IMG/VR virus record: IMGVR_UViG_3300042344_000673 | Location: 2,078-66,077 of that record | Length of the DNA: 64,000 nt | Origin: a virus | Lineage: Duplodnaviria; Caudoviricetes | Direction: 5' to 3' (one strand) | Shown here: positions 31,901-40,961 of the stretch, piece by piece | Position numbering within the stretch: the stretch's first letter is position 1 | Layout of the letters: every line of letters begins with the position of its first letter | The notes under the pieces: generated by a model | The model's input: only the letters and a program-made list of their open reading frames with translations | What the model was told of the DNA's origin: nothing | Databases searched by the model: none | Position numbers and translations under genes: made by a program

Positions 31901-32720
31901 AAGTCGAACTATTCGGAATTATAGGTTGCGTTTTGATGTCAAACACTCTACTATACATGTGAGGTGCCGCAAGCAAGTGAGCCACCAATATTTCATTCAA
32001 GATATTGAATTTAAAACCTCTAAATTCCAAAGTGACGTGATAATTTCCTGTCGCACTGTTGAACCTTGCATTAAACTTTTCGAGATTCAACTGATACTTT
32101 ATCGCTTGACCATAATACCCTTTCAGCGTTAGATAGAATTGTGGATAGGGTAAGTTAAAAAAAGCAGCATATGGTGATTTATTTCCAAGTTCAAAAAGTC
32201 CTTTACCTTGTATATCCTCCAACTCTATCTGAACGGATGGTATAAAAGAAGAAGAAACTTTAACATTTATTGATGTGATACCTAACAACCCTGTATCAAT
32301 AACGTTTTGCTCATCAACAACAGTATCTTCATAGTAGGGTTGGTTCGTACCTGGAATTAGGTCAATTTTCTGTAGGGGTTGATTCGATGCTTGTTGTTGA
32401 AGAGCATTTCTACCCGTTAATTGGTCATAATACCCTTGTCCCAAATATGTGTTCTTGGTGGGTCTGAGAAAATTAATTTTGGCAATGGTAGTGGTCTGTC
32501 TGATGTTATCGGTTGGTGTAAACCCTAAAGCAAGTTTGGTTCTTGGAATGACCTCTGCCTCCAAGTTAGCGAACATAATCAAGTTCTCATGGTCTACCAA
32601 TCTTTCGTAAATCCTCCCTTGGTTGTCTATTGTTCTGTTGGGGTCTACAAGAATGATATTATTATAATCGAACTCAACGTATATATTCCCACTTTGGTCA
32701 GGTTGTTGATTATCTGCCAT
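25926..32720 (-). CDS. Giant baseplate hub-like protein (gp27/VgrG-like segments) with C-terminal IPT/TIG domain
   Basis: GITSINVK...VQIELEDIQG near N-terminus; LGNALIQP...GPYMITEVSHSITPGSFQTTFKGTR; C-terminal ITSFSPTSGKEGDIITLEG...IKFSVP. Confidence 0.65.
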   Translation of the reverse strand: MADNQQPDQSGNIYVEFDYNNIILVDPNRTIDNQGRIYERLVDHENLIMFANLEAEVIPRTKLALGFTPTDNIRQTTTIAKINFLRPTKNTYLGQGYYDQLTGRNALQQQASNQPLQKIDLIPGTNQPYYEDTVVDEQNVIDTGLLGITSINVKVSSSFIPSVQIELEDIQGKGLFELGNKSPYAAFFNLPYPQFYLTLKGYYGQAIKYQLNLEKFNARFNSATGNYHVTLEFRGFKFNILNEILVAHLLAAPHMYSRVFDIKTQPIIPNSSTSNANLEKQNSTTITRNQNTSNSNQNTVTESLVSEKGYQKIVEVYKEYKSKGLIVPDFPELTLVQLMNKLDTFEQLIANSYPAANIEPLTNIKNYRLSLAAYFDKVRTAGTSWYGRYLNPKPIVLKDNTNVYRFQENILGNISFEFAAITNLQNLITQYNAILNDNPTLGKGKPEQIKLNNISYDMIAVSLTKDVIDFNKTAQSFFGVTSPTDEQIRKVTEDFEAKNKPLIDGATKKEIPKTYFVFEGQGRFTETIQKLDTEAGKKLQQFEQAITEELRAIIQEQSNGIGFIPTVRNIIAVIMATAEGFIRLLEDVHTNAWAVKDNDVRRLVVRNNPSSANNLENNRNVALTATAQNDNQGLVTSQEPVYPWPTFYQESTDFKKGRFQLQYLASPSVVNFTKGLNSQIWPEVEFVEEYVKGLAQKFNPPVSQSPIDVNGVTFITNYNPLYFPSPVLSYSNKIEIPFFYEIYERQIVSSHYLGFIRANENQLNQLTNLNRDTEASNIILSLGVSSPYLSYKLKNTLLTPQTYPAFLEQISNQGTGQSWLQFASDRFVTSYLKTYTENPFSIIKITQIGPEPQKNLPLTPLQELVGSTNTNAPIIVDTYPFTDLGWVQSNMALGTDASFDEVYNTNKVLTVYDPRDQISNFNNIFDYKTARPVTNFSYYDTTLPDILSTTQTLVSSNLRAYYENSPNRITTFIPTEGFTTSDSPTRILPNQTTTSILNTPYFLNAIQEGVDNQRNDKNNPYLKAAYLFLMSLPVGTLRERYKTYNQTEQLDYIASCFNKFGAIHKVPYVWVLKLGAAWHRYKTFVNSSTDILTSVWKDWDYVGNYDPKTNSKLKQYQFKVNRDANTTSVVLQDDTTSNISIQTGFYPKLYNDLYYFYTGQDLYVNYTDAEIQSSISAGLLLYNNYDGSNIVGAQQGSNTLNLTTWSAVVPGTVKNNFTDPTNCLPPNPTVENVDYFILPSFGCNLNQAAVECVSNLNTAPVTVKNLTDNNAMYNGSARFLWSASNYGYFDNSLVTKPNPDSYLTKIQPDAENVSPLDLRFTDYSKIEEIFSVFDSKTLDIIEKEFLNYTNPSTDINYGIVNSQIGQQLVQIDATARNFQSFMTSVMKVSPKLSGDSMDTYFNNVIENQYNNFKSQVTSIMEYDVILRNGNPSNFNRRIWESYLSWQEAQPTLVQPIPFLPYVDGSLPTANGTTTLAQSRTANLAAWRQLETQVGFSTIPGLTYTDQGSYITDFFVDNNISFTVDNITILSQLIKIYATQKLQNANLNSQTFKTNLRTYINSLETLQNRFLREVIVLTQKNLPNQSELPTPQAPAPLVGEQARLELYTLFQSINDKWISGADYKTTTLFEDFLFLDRASRNIGDTVILDIFGVKNMINKNALNEGMSVFTLISGLLIQNNFTVMPLPAYVNFYNIQDVEGLTVPNPQGSLEFGDQLWGTYNVVDYRKATPKFVCFFVGKPSEHVQLPSTETGYGDDSFDLRRVSEVPLIEDLSGKSARDYVQSNKCVGFNVDMGIRNQNVFSQITVAQDPGLATSESIQALLDMINLSKTRNTGTQNVSLYNYYKKRSYSAEITCLGNALIQPMMYFNLRHVPMFNGPYMITEVSHSITPGSFQTTFKGTRQSIYDLPSIENYLQKVNSNLISKIEALVLQQKAATKNADVTEIARSFQLIKNADDNSAAAENSCAENLNAAYANWQSTSSTNLLSGVTPTQFAAKLKEKLPNDSLLQTMIYMISYVRTYAKSGNPSGQFSAFGNNLGNITLDFNYAGPTQFMIQGVYTCVNLTTVSQKKSMPVALFQTLDAYIDFMIAILTPNKERAQVGMLKYYICFFPQSNISEEYFETFSDYYNREFGPVLEQAEKSAQSVGIKTTLSIFESPVPSNPNSLNTQTPASPVCPLTLITSFSPTSGKEGDIITLEGDALQFVKTITVAGSLVDKRTLQFINTKKIKFSVPPRVGALPVSGPIQITSSSTPNPINSTTNFTYTA

Positions 32721-33033
32721 AATAATAAAAATAATTTTCCAACGCGCCTTTATAATCCTGTAATGATGGGATGAGCGGGAACGGAATTACCAAAACCGCA
32801 CCATCATAGATATTGTTTTCCATCCCCATGAATATAGGGTTAGCCTGTAATATTAACCAACTATAATAGGGTGAATTATAAAACTGTTGTGATACTTTAT
32901 CTAATCTACTTATACCGACCCTATAAATAAAGGATTTATCGGTTGTTTTGGCTGGTAGTTGAACAAATGGTACCACAGTTTGTTCACCATTAATTAAAAA
33001 CTCATTGTATCTGTTATAATATTGGTAAGCCAT
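32710..33033 (-). CDS. LysM/tail X-like baseplate protein (gp53-like)
   Basis: RLDKVSQQFYNSPYYSWLILQANP...GAVLVIP. Confidence 0.8.
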   Translation of the reverse strand: MAYQYYNRYNEFLINGEQTVVPFVQLPAKTTDKSFIYRVGISRLDKVSQQFYNSPYYSWLILQANPIFMGMENNIYDGAVLVIPFPLIPSLQDYKGALENYFYYYGR

Positions 33034-36000
33034 TAGTTAAGTTTTATTTTAGAAACCCAAGCATTGGTTGATACCTCGTCATTCCAAGTTTGTTTATTAG
33101 AAGCCAAATTAGTGGAAGCCCCCAATGATTTTATCATTGTCGTTTGTGATGACAGTGGCGGCTTAAACAACTTATATGTTAACACTCTTTCTTTAGAAGG
33201 GAATGGATTATAGTTGATAAAAGTCTTAAGTTGGGTATCAGAGGTTTCCATTGTTTCTAGAAACTTGGTGGCAATAGCCGTTTCTTTATCGAAGAAACTT
33301 TTTGCCATAACCTTCCAATAGGCATCGAACTCGGCTTCAATCTGTCTGTAGTCAGCACCACCAACTGTAATCTCAGGCGCATTTTTCAAGTTGCCAATAA
33401 TGGCATTTTTGAAAGATTCATAGTTATCTGTCTTCAAATCTTGAGAACACAATAGATACATTCGTTTGAATTGTTTATTCAAAAAGTCTGAATTGTCAAA
33501 ATTAGGATTTGGGTCAAGATTGAATGGTACAAACACTTGACCGATAACATCAGCAATCGTTGGTGACGGTGCTGAGTTTGGAACTGTCATACCATATATC
33601 ATAAAGCCTTGATAATCTTGCCCACCATAATCGAAGTCAACCGAACTGTTTGTTTTTATTTGGAACTCAATCAAATTTTTTCTTATGGTTTTGATATCCT
33701 CAATCATCTCATCCAAAGTGTTGGTTATTAAACCAGCGTTTGCCGCAACCTTAGTTGTTCCACTAGTTTCGAAAACCCTTATCGTCATGTTCTGCTCTTG
33801 ATATCCGTCAGTACCTGTTCCAGGTGCAGAAGCACCCAAAGGTACAGTGTTAGCCCTCGCAATAAACTGTAAATAATTTTGTTGTTGATTTGTAACCTCT
33901 TGGATTATATTAGACAACGGTGTAAGGAATGCCGATTTTTTGTTTTTGATAAATGTTGTATAATTCCTTTTTATTTGTCTGATTGTTTTCGGTGTGAAAC
34001 TTTTCTGTGGTTTCGATATAAAAGTTATGAAACCGTCTTGATTATTGAATGAGTTTGTATTAATAGCCGTTTCATATTCATCAAAAAAAGGATTAAATAA
34101 CTTTTGAATATTGTCCGGTTTACCAAAGATATAAACATCCTCTGGCATTGATTGCTCAACATAAAATGTGCCCTTTTGATAAATTCTTTGTAGGGACCAA
34201 AGTTGTAACATGGCGTTATTGTATTGTTGTAAAACTTGTTTTTCTTTGTTCATTATTGTTTGGAAATAATTCCTAGTTTCACCAACAAATCCGTCCATAA
34301 ATTCTTTATAAGATATGTCACCGAACTCATCCGTTGAGGTAATCTGACTCGTAAGTCTTTTACCAATGGTATTTGTGTTAGAAAAGGTATAATTGTTCTG
34401 TACTTGATTAGATAGTGGTGGAGGTGGATTTCCTATCGATTGAAGGAAGTTTTTATCCAACACTTTTATACTCGTGTCTGTTACATCTGCTCTATCATCC
34501 CACATTTCGGTGTTCGCGTAATAGTTGAATGATAATGCGTTTTGTAGTTTATCAACGGCTTGAGCTAGTCCACTACCACCAACGAAGTTGAAATTCATAG
34601 ATACATTAGCAATCATTGGCTGTACACCAATTCCTTCAGGATTTATATCTAAGCCTTCAAAAGTTAATGAAAGGGATGTCGGAATAATCTTAGTGTTATA
34701 AAAATCTCCAACACGAAGGACCAACACAGGTGGTGTACCGAATGCTGTGTTCGTGGCGTTGTTGTATTGTAGTTCTGTTGCTCCGTTTATATCTTTGATT
34801 GTTGGTATAGTGTCACCTGGTCTCATACATTGTTGTAAAAATGTAAGTCTTGAATTAAGACCTTCAGGTGTTGTTGAGTGAAATGCCGGTTGGAAAAACT
34901 TCAACTTATCTTTGAGGTTGTCGTAAACCATTGGTGTCTCGGTCTTAATTGTTTCGAAATAATCACACTCGGATAATAAAGCCCTCAAAACTCTTTTTGT
35001 TATGTTATCTCTTTGAATGTATTTTTGTTCGATTTGGGTTGTAGGTGGAATTTGTGGTATTGGTTGAAGTTGTGGTTGAGGGTCATTGTTTGGTTGTGGT
35101 ACAGGACCAGGGTTAGGAAACTCGGGGGTTGTGGTTGTTGTAACAGTTATTTTTTCGATTGTTGTCCTCCTACAAGCCATTGCTCGAGTGGTATAAATTT
35201 CATCACCCGTATTTGTACAACTCCCTTGATTTTTTACAGTTCTATTTGCGTTAGCATCAAAAGAAACCACATCACCATTTTCACCAAAGTTTTTTTCAAC
35301 AAAAGTCAATCTGTTTTGGTCACTCGCCTTTTTGACTTTTGGAAAAGACAGGATAAATTTCTTCATAGATTCTAATCTTCTTTCTCCTAAACTCTCATTG
35401 TAAGTTACACTTGCTCTTCCTGATGTGTTAGATAATAAATTAAGAGAAACGGTCGCACTTTTATTTGTTTCCAAATCAGTACCTAATTTTTCTAAAAATT
35501 CTTTCATTTTCGAGAAGTTAGGTTTGATAACTGTTTCGAAAAAGTTGTTCAAAGATGACCCCTTAGCACTATAAAGTGATTGTTGACCCAAATAAACGTT
35601 ATAGTAGTCTTCATAAGATTTGACAGGTTCTCCACTTACAGGTTCGTTATTAGGGAAATATCCAGCAAGTCCTTCGTATTCTTGTACGTTGGTTGTTGGT
35701 GTGTTAGTGGTTGGGTCAGTTGTAGGTTGTCCCGTACCATTGTTACCACCAGGTTGAACGGTTGTATTGTTTCCTGTCGCAGTTGTATTGACGATAGCTG
35801 AAATTTGTTCTCTACTAGCCTCTTTCGATGAAATTATTTGTTGTAACTCATATAGGTCACTCGGGCTAACAGTATAATATTTTTTCGCCAATTCATACAA
35901 ATCGTATTTTCTACATCCGGCAAAGAATGAATCCAAAATACCGTTAATCCTCGTTTTGTTGGTTTCCTTATTGAGAATCTTATTAACAATGACATTCAAG

Positions 36001-38120
36001 ACGGATGGATGGTCAACAACGATTTTCCAGTTAAGTGTCCCCGTTCTTTGAGTGTTTGTATAGGTATAAATTGGTTCAGGTCTTCCCAAGAAATCTTGTC
36101 CTTTCCAATTGGCTGTCACGCTCTCAGTAAACTTCAAATCATATGGTGGGAACCACATTACTCTTCCTCCGTTAGGTCCTCTTTCACAAACGGGTAACTC
36201 AGAGACATTAAAACCTGGTGTGTTTGAGGTTCTCCAAGCTAGATTTTCCAAGGAGAACATATATTTTTTTGCCACGGAAACATTACTAGCGGTGTCCAAA
36301 ATTAAGTTTGAAGAATCTTGTCCACCTTCTCTTTTGTTTGGAGCAATGTTCAAATTATAAGTTTTATCTAAAACAGAAAAGGCGAATTTTCTTCCTTCTG
36401 TAGTCATACCATCCACTTTCTGTAAATCATTGTATTGGAGATATGGGATGTCTTTGGCAAAAACACGACAATACTCTGAACCAACCTCTTGTCCAATAGC
36501 ACCTATATATCTATAAACCCTTGAACCCTTAGTAAGTTCCTTATATCCGTCATTAAAGACTTTACTAACTTGGTCTATAGCATTTCCAACGTGTTGTAAT
36601 CTTCTCCCCCCTTGTGGTTGACTATCAATTATTTTTTGTGTGTCATATAGAATAGAACCCTCTCTAAACACATTATTTGTAGATTCAGTTGAGTTGTATG
36701 AGGACGGCTTAAAATCTTCATCTTGTTCAGTTACTTCTCCACCTAACCCCACTTTTTTGCCGGCATTGTCTTTGTATTTAGGTGACACCCATGTGAACCC
36801 TCCTTCAATACCACCACCGTCAATGTAGGTTGGCGCGTTAGGACCCAACTTAACAGACTTACTTGGTCCTTCGTAAAGTTGTGCTAACTCACTTGGACCA
36901 TAAACAGGGGATTGAAGCTCCCTATTAAACTGGTCAACAGGTAAATCACCACCAGGAGAAAAAACTCTTGATGGGTCAGATGTAGTACTCCCAACATAAA
37001 AGTTACTATTGTTTTGTGTAGTACCTACTAGTTCACCAGCAAGTCTATTGAAAACGTTTCTATCGTAGTTTGGCTTATATTTGTTGTAATCTAAGTTGAG
37101 AAATAATCTTCTTCTTGTTCCTGCGCCAGTGTTGTCTAAAAAGAGTTGTGAACCTGTCTTGGTTCCTCCTAATAATCTTGAGAAGAAGTTTCCTAAAATC
37201 GATTGTGTACCTGTTGCTGCGAGTGTAAGTTGTTGTATAGTAGTAGGTTGTTGTGAATTGATACTTGGGTCAAAATAAGAGCCAGGTATTGTTGAAGTAG
37301 GTAAAATACTCCCCGCCAATCTCAAAGCAAAATCTGTTGCAGCTAAGATTGGTGTTTGAGGTACTGTAATTGAATAATTAGGTTCTATTAATGGAACCCT
37401 TCCTGTTACCATACCTAAAATGTCAGTACCGCTGTTAGCAGTAAAAATATTTGCTCTCCCTAATGTTTGTCTCCTGATTTGAGCCGCAACTCTATCTATA
37501 AAATCTTTCTTAAGTGTCTTGGCTCCAAGTGCCGCCAAAAAAGAATCTTGACTCAGAAGCCCATCACTTCCTGAAGGGTCTTGTTGAAGTAAAATGTTAA
37601 TTGGTGCGTAAGAAGATGGGTTAAATGTAGATGGATATGGTTGGTTATTATAATAATTTCTATAGGCTTGAGGTCTTTCTAAACTCTCTACAAATTGTCC
37701 CGCGTCAGCAAGTTGAAGAGACCCTCCCCCATAAGCATTAAGTGGTCTCCATGCCGGAGATATCGTTCCAAAACCAGTTTGAGCCGCTATTTCTGATTGG
37801 TCCAAAATTTTAGCATCTTGTTGGTATGGACCATACTCTCCTTCATTTGATTTTGTATTAAGAAGAGCGTTTGGGTCAGGGACTTGTCTGTAACCACCTT
37901 CAGGTCCAAACTGATTTTTTGGATATAACTCATCAGCAAAAATAGGTGTATCAATTAAAGAATCTGGTGAATCAACCACCGGAGTTATGTTGTAACTATA
38001 CTCCGTATTAACAGGTGGAGTCAGTCTCCTTGGAGATTTTGGATAGGGTGGTAAATTTTTTGTCAAACACCTATTTCTAAAGGCTTCCGTATTTACAAAA
38101 TCTAAAGGGCTTGGCATCAA
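33033..38120 (-). CDS. Tail tube initiator-like protein (gp48/gp54 type) with inserted OmpA-like domain
   Basis: WFPPYDLKFTESVTANW...LGRPEPIYTY...RTGTLNW and PPVLVLRVGDFY flank YNESLGERRLESM...FGE...CRR; between tape measure and LysM genes. Confidence 0.6.
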   Translation of the reverse strand: MMPSPLDFVNTEAFRNRCLTKNLPPYPKSPRRLTPPVNTEYSYNITPVVDSPDSLIDTPIFADELYPKNQFGPEGGYRQVPDPNALLNTKSNEGEYGPYQQDAKILDQSEIAAQTGFGTISPAWRPLNAYGGGSLQLADAGQFVESLERPQAYRNYYNNQPYPSTFNPSSYAPINILLQQDPSGSDGLLSQDSFLAALGAKTLKKDFIDRVAAQIRRQTLGRANIFTANSGTDILGMVTGRVPLIEPNYSITVPQTPILAATDFALRLAGSILPTSTIPGSYFDPSINSQQPTTIQQLTLAATGTQSILGNFFSRLLGGTKTGSQLFLDNTGAGTRRRLFLNLDYNKYKPNYDRNVFNRLAGELVGTTQNNSNFYVGSTTSDPSRVFSPGGDLPVDQFNRELQSPVYGPSELAQLYEGPSKSVKLGPNAPTYIDGGGIEGGFTWVSPKYKDNAGKKVGLGGEVTEQDEDFKPSSYNSTESTNNVFREGSILYDTQKIIDSQPQGGRRLQHVGNAIDQVSKVFNDGYKELTKGSRVYRYIGAIGQEVGSEYCRVFAKDIPYLQYNDLQKVDGMTTEGRKFAFSVLDKTYNLNIAPNKREGGQDSSNLILDTASNVSVAKKYMFSLENLAWRTSNTPGFNVSELPVCERGPNGGRVMWFPPYDLKFTESVTANWKGQDFLGRPEPIYTYTNTQRTGTLNWKIVVDHPSVLNVIVNKILNKETNKTRINGILDSFFAGCRKYDLYELAKKYYTVSPSDLYELQQIISSKEASREQISAIVNTTATGNNTTVQPGGNNGTGQPTTDPTTNTPTTNVQEYEGLAGYFPNNEPVSGEPVKSYEDYYNVYLGQQSLYSAKGSSLNNFFETVIKPNFSKMKEFLEKLGTDLETNKSATVSLNLLSNTSGRASVTYNESLGERRLESMKKFILSFPKVKKASDQNRLTFVEKNFGENGDVVSFDANANRTVKNQGSCTNTGDEIYTTRAMACRRTTIEKITVTTTTTPEFPNPGPVPQPNNDPQPQLQPIPQIPPTTQIEQKYIQRDNITKRVLRALLSECDYFETIKTETPMVYDNLKDKLKFFQPAFHSTTPEGLNSRLTFLQQCMRPGDTIPTIKDINGATELQYNNATNTAFGTPPVLVLRVGDFYNTKIIPTSLSLTFEGLDINPEGIGVQPMIANVSMNFNFVGGSGLAQAVDKLQNALSFNYYANTEMWDDRADVTDTSIKVLDKNFLQSIGNPPPPLSNQVQNNYTFSNTNTIGKRLTSQITSTDEFGDISYKEFMDGFVGETRNYFQTIMNKEKQVLQQYNNAMLQLWSLQRIYQKGTFYVEQSMPEDVYIFGKPDNIQKLFNPFFDEYETAINTNSFNNQDGFITFISKPQKSFTPKTIRQIKRNYTTFIKNKKSAFLTPLSNIIQEVTNQQQNYLQFIARANTVPLGASAPGTGTDGYQEQNMTIRVFETSGTTKVAANAGLITNTLDEMIEDIKTIRKNLIEFQIKTNSSVDFDYGGQDYQGFMIYGMTVPNSAPSPTIADVIGQVFVPFNLDPNPNFDNSDFLNKQFKRMYLLCSQDLKTDNYESFKNAIIGNLKNAPEITVGGADYRQIEAEFDAYWKVMAKSFFDKETAIATKFLETMETSDTQLKTFINYNPFPSKERVLTYKLFKPPLSSQTTMIKSLGASTNLASNKQTWNDEVSTNAWVSKIKLN

Positions 38121-38155
38121 TTATTATTTCTGATAAATAGATGTTTCTAAATTTT

Positions 38156-39976
38156 TTATGGTTTCTTGGCCGGAGCGAGTCCCAATTTTTTCAGAAGCAT
38201 TTCTTTTTGTTGTGTGGTTAACATGTCAATCAGTTCATTGAGGTTAACTTGTGTTGTCTTATTTTTATCTCGGTCGTATAGGTCTATGACACCCCTAATA
38301 TTATGCGTAAGTTGTAGCGGACTCATCGTGTTCATAACCATTGGATTCATAGCACTCGATGGACCATAAACCGTAGGTGATGGGATTGCCTTCGGGGCGG
38401 TTTCTGTCTTTTTTGGTACTTTTATACCAGTAACTTTTTCCCCTTTTCCCCCTTGGGTTTCTATACCCGGTATAGCACTTACAATTTCTTTCAAAAATTC
38501 TTCCCCGAATCCCTCTGTCACATCACCCAAAACAACACCCATATTTTTTAACGGTGTCATAATCGATGATTTCATTAACTCCATTATATCTTTATAAGCC
38601 TCTCTTTTTTGGGTTTCATCTCCAGAGCTGGCCTTATCATACAAACTTTGAAAAGCCACCTTCATTTGTCCACCTGTTATGTCTTGTGTTATCTCCTCCA
38701 TTTGTTTCCTTATATTTGTGGTGGTATTCTCCAAAAATCCCATATATCCTGGTGCACCCAAAACATTTCCCGCCACAGTTGCGTTGAGTTTTTTAAATTC
38801 TGCCAATGTTTTTTCCCCTGTTGTTAACTGTGCTCTTTGTAGGTCCTCCATTGTTTTTGGGGCCTTTTTCTGTTCTTCCACAATCCTTGACATTTCCTCT
38901 TTAGTAACATCGGCAATGTTCTTGTAAGCCTCTGCTTCACCTGGTCTTGAAACTTTAACCTCCATGGTACCCTTATCACCAATTCTCGAAATATTTGCTA
39001 AAAGAGTTTTGTCGTTTTCACTCATATCCAAGGCTAGCCCTGTTTGGTTAATCAACGCTAATCTTTTATCCAAATCAGCAGCAGCTAAAGCAGCTTCTCT
39101 CATTGCCTTAGCACTAACCCCTGTTTGTGCTTCCATTTCTCTCAGTGTCAAAATACCTTGGGGATTTATCTTGAAACTCTTTGTTTGTTCGTCGAAATAA
39201 GTAAATTGTCTAGCAACATTGATAAGACTATCTTGTAACCCTGAAGGGTCGGTTAGCGATTGATTCAATAAAGCCATAGGGTCAACAAGGTTTCCAGCCG
39301 CAACACCCAATCTTTGAAATGCCGAAGCCACACTAACTGCTTGGTCTGGGTCTAAAACCTTTTCCGCCAACTGAAACGTTTGATTCATATCAAACCTCAA
39401 CATTGAAGCCTGTGCCGCCATTTTAGTAAGGCCTTGTACCCCATTACTGAAATTGAACCTTGACATTTGGTCCATGTTTTTCAAAACATCTCCCATCACT
39501 GTTTTAGCATTCAGCCCATAACTTTGTACTTGTACAATTGAATTCAAAACATTACTTGAAATCTGTTGGTAGTTATAACCAACGGCTCCGAAGGCTTCAA
39601 CAATTTTAGCAGTTTCTACACCCAAAACTTGTGATACTGAATAAACTTCTCTCAAATCTTCAGAGGAAGCGACCACTACTCGTCTAGCACCAGCAGCTAT
39701 ACCGGCAATTGTGTTAGCAACGTCCTTGGTTTCCGCACCCAAGGCTTTCATTGCTGGTGTGGCATTCTGTATCCTTACCAAGAACTCATCCATTCTTTGT
39801 CTTGACTGAATGAAAGCCTTGTTCAAATTTTCACCACCCTCAACTAACTCTTGAGTTGCGGTTTTTAGATTACCGAGAACATCAGGTATCTTGAGAATTT
39901 CGTTCTTAATCTGGGCCCAGACATTGAGTTTCTCTGCGTCGCCCGGATTTTCGGCCTCTACTCCTGTTTTTGCCAT
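38156..39976 (-). CDS. Tape measure protein
   Basis: Helical Ala/Gln/Met-rich 606 aa, directly after tube and chaperone genes. Confidence 0.75.
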   Translation of the reverse strand: MAKTGVEAENPGDAEKLNVWAQIKNEILKIPDVLGNLKTATQELVEGGENLNKAFIQSRQRMDEFLVRIQNATPAMKALGAETKDVANTIAGIAAGARRVVVASSEDLREVYSVSQVLGVETAKIVEAFGAVGYNYQQISSNVLNSIVQVQSYGLNAKTVMGDVLKNMDQMSRFNFSNGVQGLTKMAAQASMLRFDMNQTFQLAEKVLDPDQAVSVASAFQRLGVAAGNLVDPMALLNQSLTDPSGLQDSLINVARQFTYFDEQTKSFKINPQGILTLREMEAQTGVSAKAMREAALAAADLDKRLALINQTGLALDMSENDKTLLANISRIGDKGTMEVKVSRPGEAEAYKNIADVTKEEMSRIVEEQKKAPKTMEDLQRAQLTTGEKTLAEFKKLNATVAGNVLGAPGYMGFLENTTTNIRKQMEEITQDITGGQMKVAFQSLYDKASSGDETQKREAYKDIMELMKSSIMTPLKNMGVVLGDVTEGFGEEFLKEIVSAIPGIETQGGKGEKVTGIKVPKKTETAPKAIPSPTVYGPSSAMNPMVMNTMSPLQLTHNIRGVIDLYDRDKNKTTQVNLNELIDMLTTQQKEMLLKKLGLAPAKKP

Positions 39977-40011
39977 TGAATCTTTTTAAATAAATAGAAG
40001 ATTATGGATTT

Positions 40012-40191
40012 TTAATCTTTTTTATTGTTTTCAATCCATTTGTTTAAGAGATATTTTCTCATAAACAAGGGCATGATAAGGAAATCTTGATATGTTACAC
40101 TGAAAATTGTGCTTAATAAATAAAATTCGTCTATTTGTCCCTGTCTATAATCAGAAGAAAGGGCGAAAAAATTCAACCCCAAAACCAACAT
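40012..40191 (-). CDS. Small tail assembly chaperone ORF (59 aa, absent from ORF track; gp51/gpT-like)
   Basis: MLVLGLNFFALSSDYRQGQIDEFYLLSTIFSVTYQDFLIMPLFMRKYLLNKWIENNKKD in the +1 frame, overlapping the chaperone 3' end; MPxxxRxY motif. Confidence 0.75.
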   Translation of the reverse strand: MLVLGLNFFALSSDYRQGQIDEFYLLSTIFSVTYQDFLIMPLFMRKYLLNKWIENNKKD

Positions 40192-40891
40192 TGACCGTTA
40201 GTTTTTCTCCTGATGGGGCTGTTACTGTCTTTTTTAAATCCAAACGTGGTTCGTTTTCTAATAAGAAATTTTTGATATACTTTGAGTCAGTAATTGGCAT
40301 TCTTTCGATTTCCTTTGACAATTCCCCCTTATCTGTAATCCCATTAAGTTCAACAATTTGTCTTTGTAATTTCCATGTTACTCTCGGGGCAATCCTACCT
40401 TGTGGATAAGAATCTGCCATACTTTCGATTTCATTTGCCTCCCCGAAGGTCAGTGGTCTTATTTTAGCAACTGAGTTGGATTTGGGTAGTGTTATTGTAA
40501 AAGTACCATCTTCGTTTGGTTTCATTCCTTGTTTTATTGACATTTGGTCTAACAACACATTTGTCTCGAAATTTTTTCTTGTTGAGGGGTCAACAAGGTT
40601 CAAAGTCATCTCAGGACCAAAAGAGGTATTTCTCAAGAAAATCAAAATTGCTTCTACATCCCCTTGGAGTAGGTCTTCAACTCTTAGGTCAGGTTCATAA
40701 ATTTTATTTCTAAGGAGAGTTGTTGTTATATCCCCTGACCCTCCCATCAAAATGTTTTCATCGTTCGCAGTTAGATAACCAACTTTGACTGATGACTTTT
40801 TATTTTTATAAAAAACTCCACCTGAAGGGAGAGGTACCACGTCATGTGGTAAGTTCATATATTGTTGTCCGTATTCTCTTGATTGGTCCAT
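40151..40891 (-). CDS. Tail/baseplate hub assembly chaperone (T4 gp26-like)
   Basis: VPLPSGG, LTANDENIL, DVEAILIFLR, C-terminal GVEFFRP; between tube and tape measure. Confidence 0.75.
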   Translation of the reverse strand: MDQSREYGQQYMNLPHDVVPLPSGGVFYKNKKSSVKVGYLTANDENILMGGSGDITTTLLRNKIYEPDLRVEDLLQGDVEAILIFLRNTSFGPEMTLNLVDPSTRKNFETNVLLDQMSIKQGMKPNEDGTFTITLPKSNSVAKIRPLTFGEANEIESMADSYPQGRIAPRVTWKLQRQIVELNGITDKGELSKEIERMPITDSKYIKNFLLENEPRLDLKKTVTAPSGEKLTVNVGFGVEFFRPFF

Positions 40892-40929
40892 AAAAAAAAT
40901 TAACCGTATAGTTTATTCTATACGGTTAA
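40892..40929 (-). terminator. Terminator/attenuator after tail tube gene, abutting the chaperone ATG
   Basis: TTAACCGTATAG-6 nt-CTATACGGTTAA perfect 12 bp stem followed by T8 on minus strand. Confidence 0.8.
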
Positions 40930-40961
40930 ATATAATTTGTATTGATTTTTTCTAAATAGTA

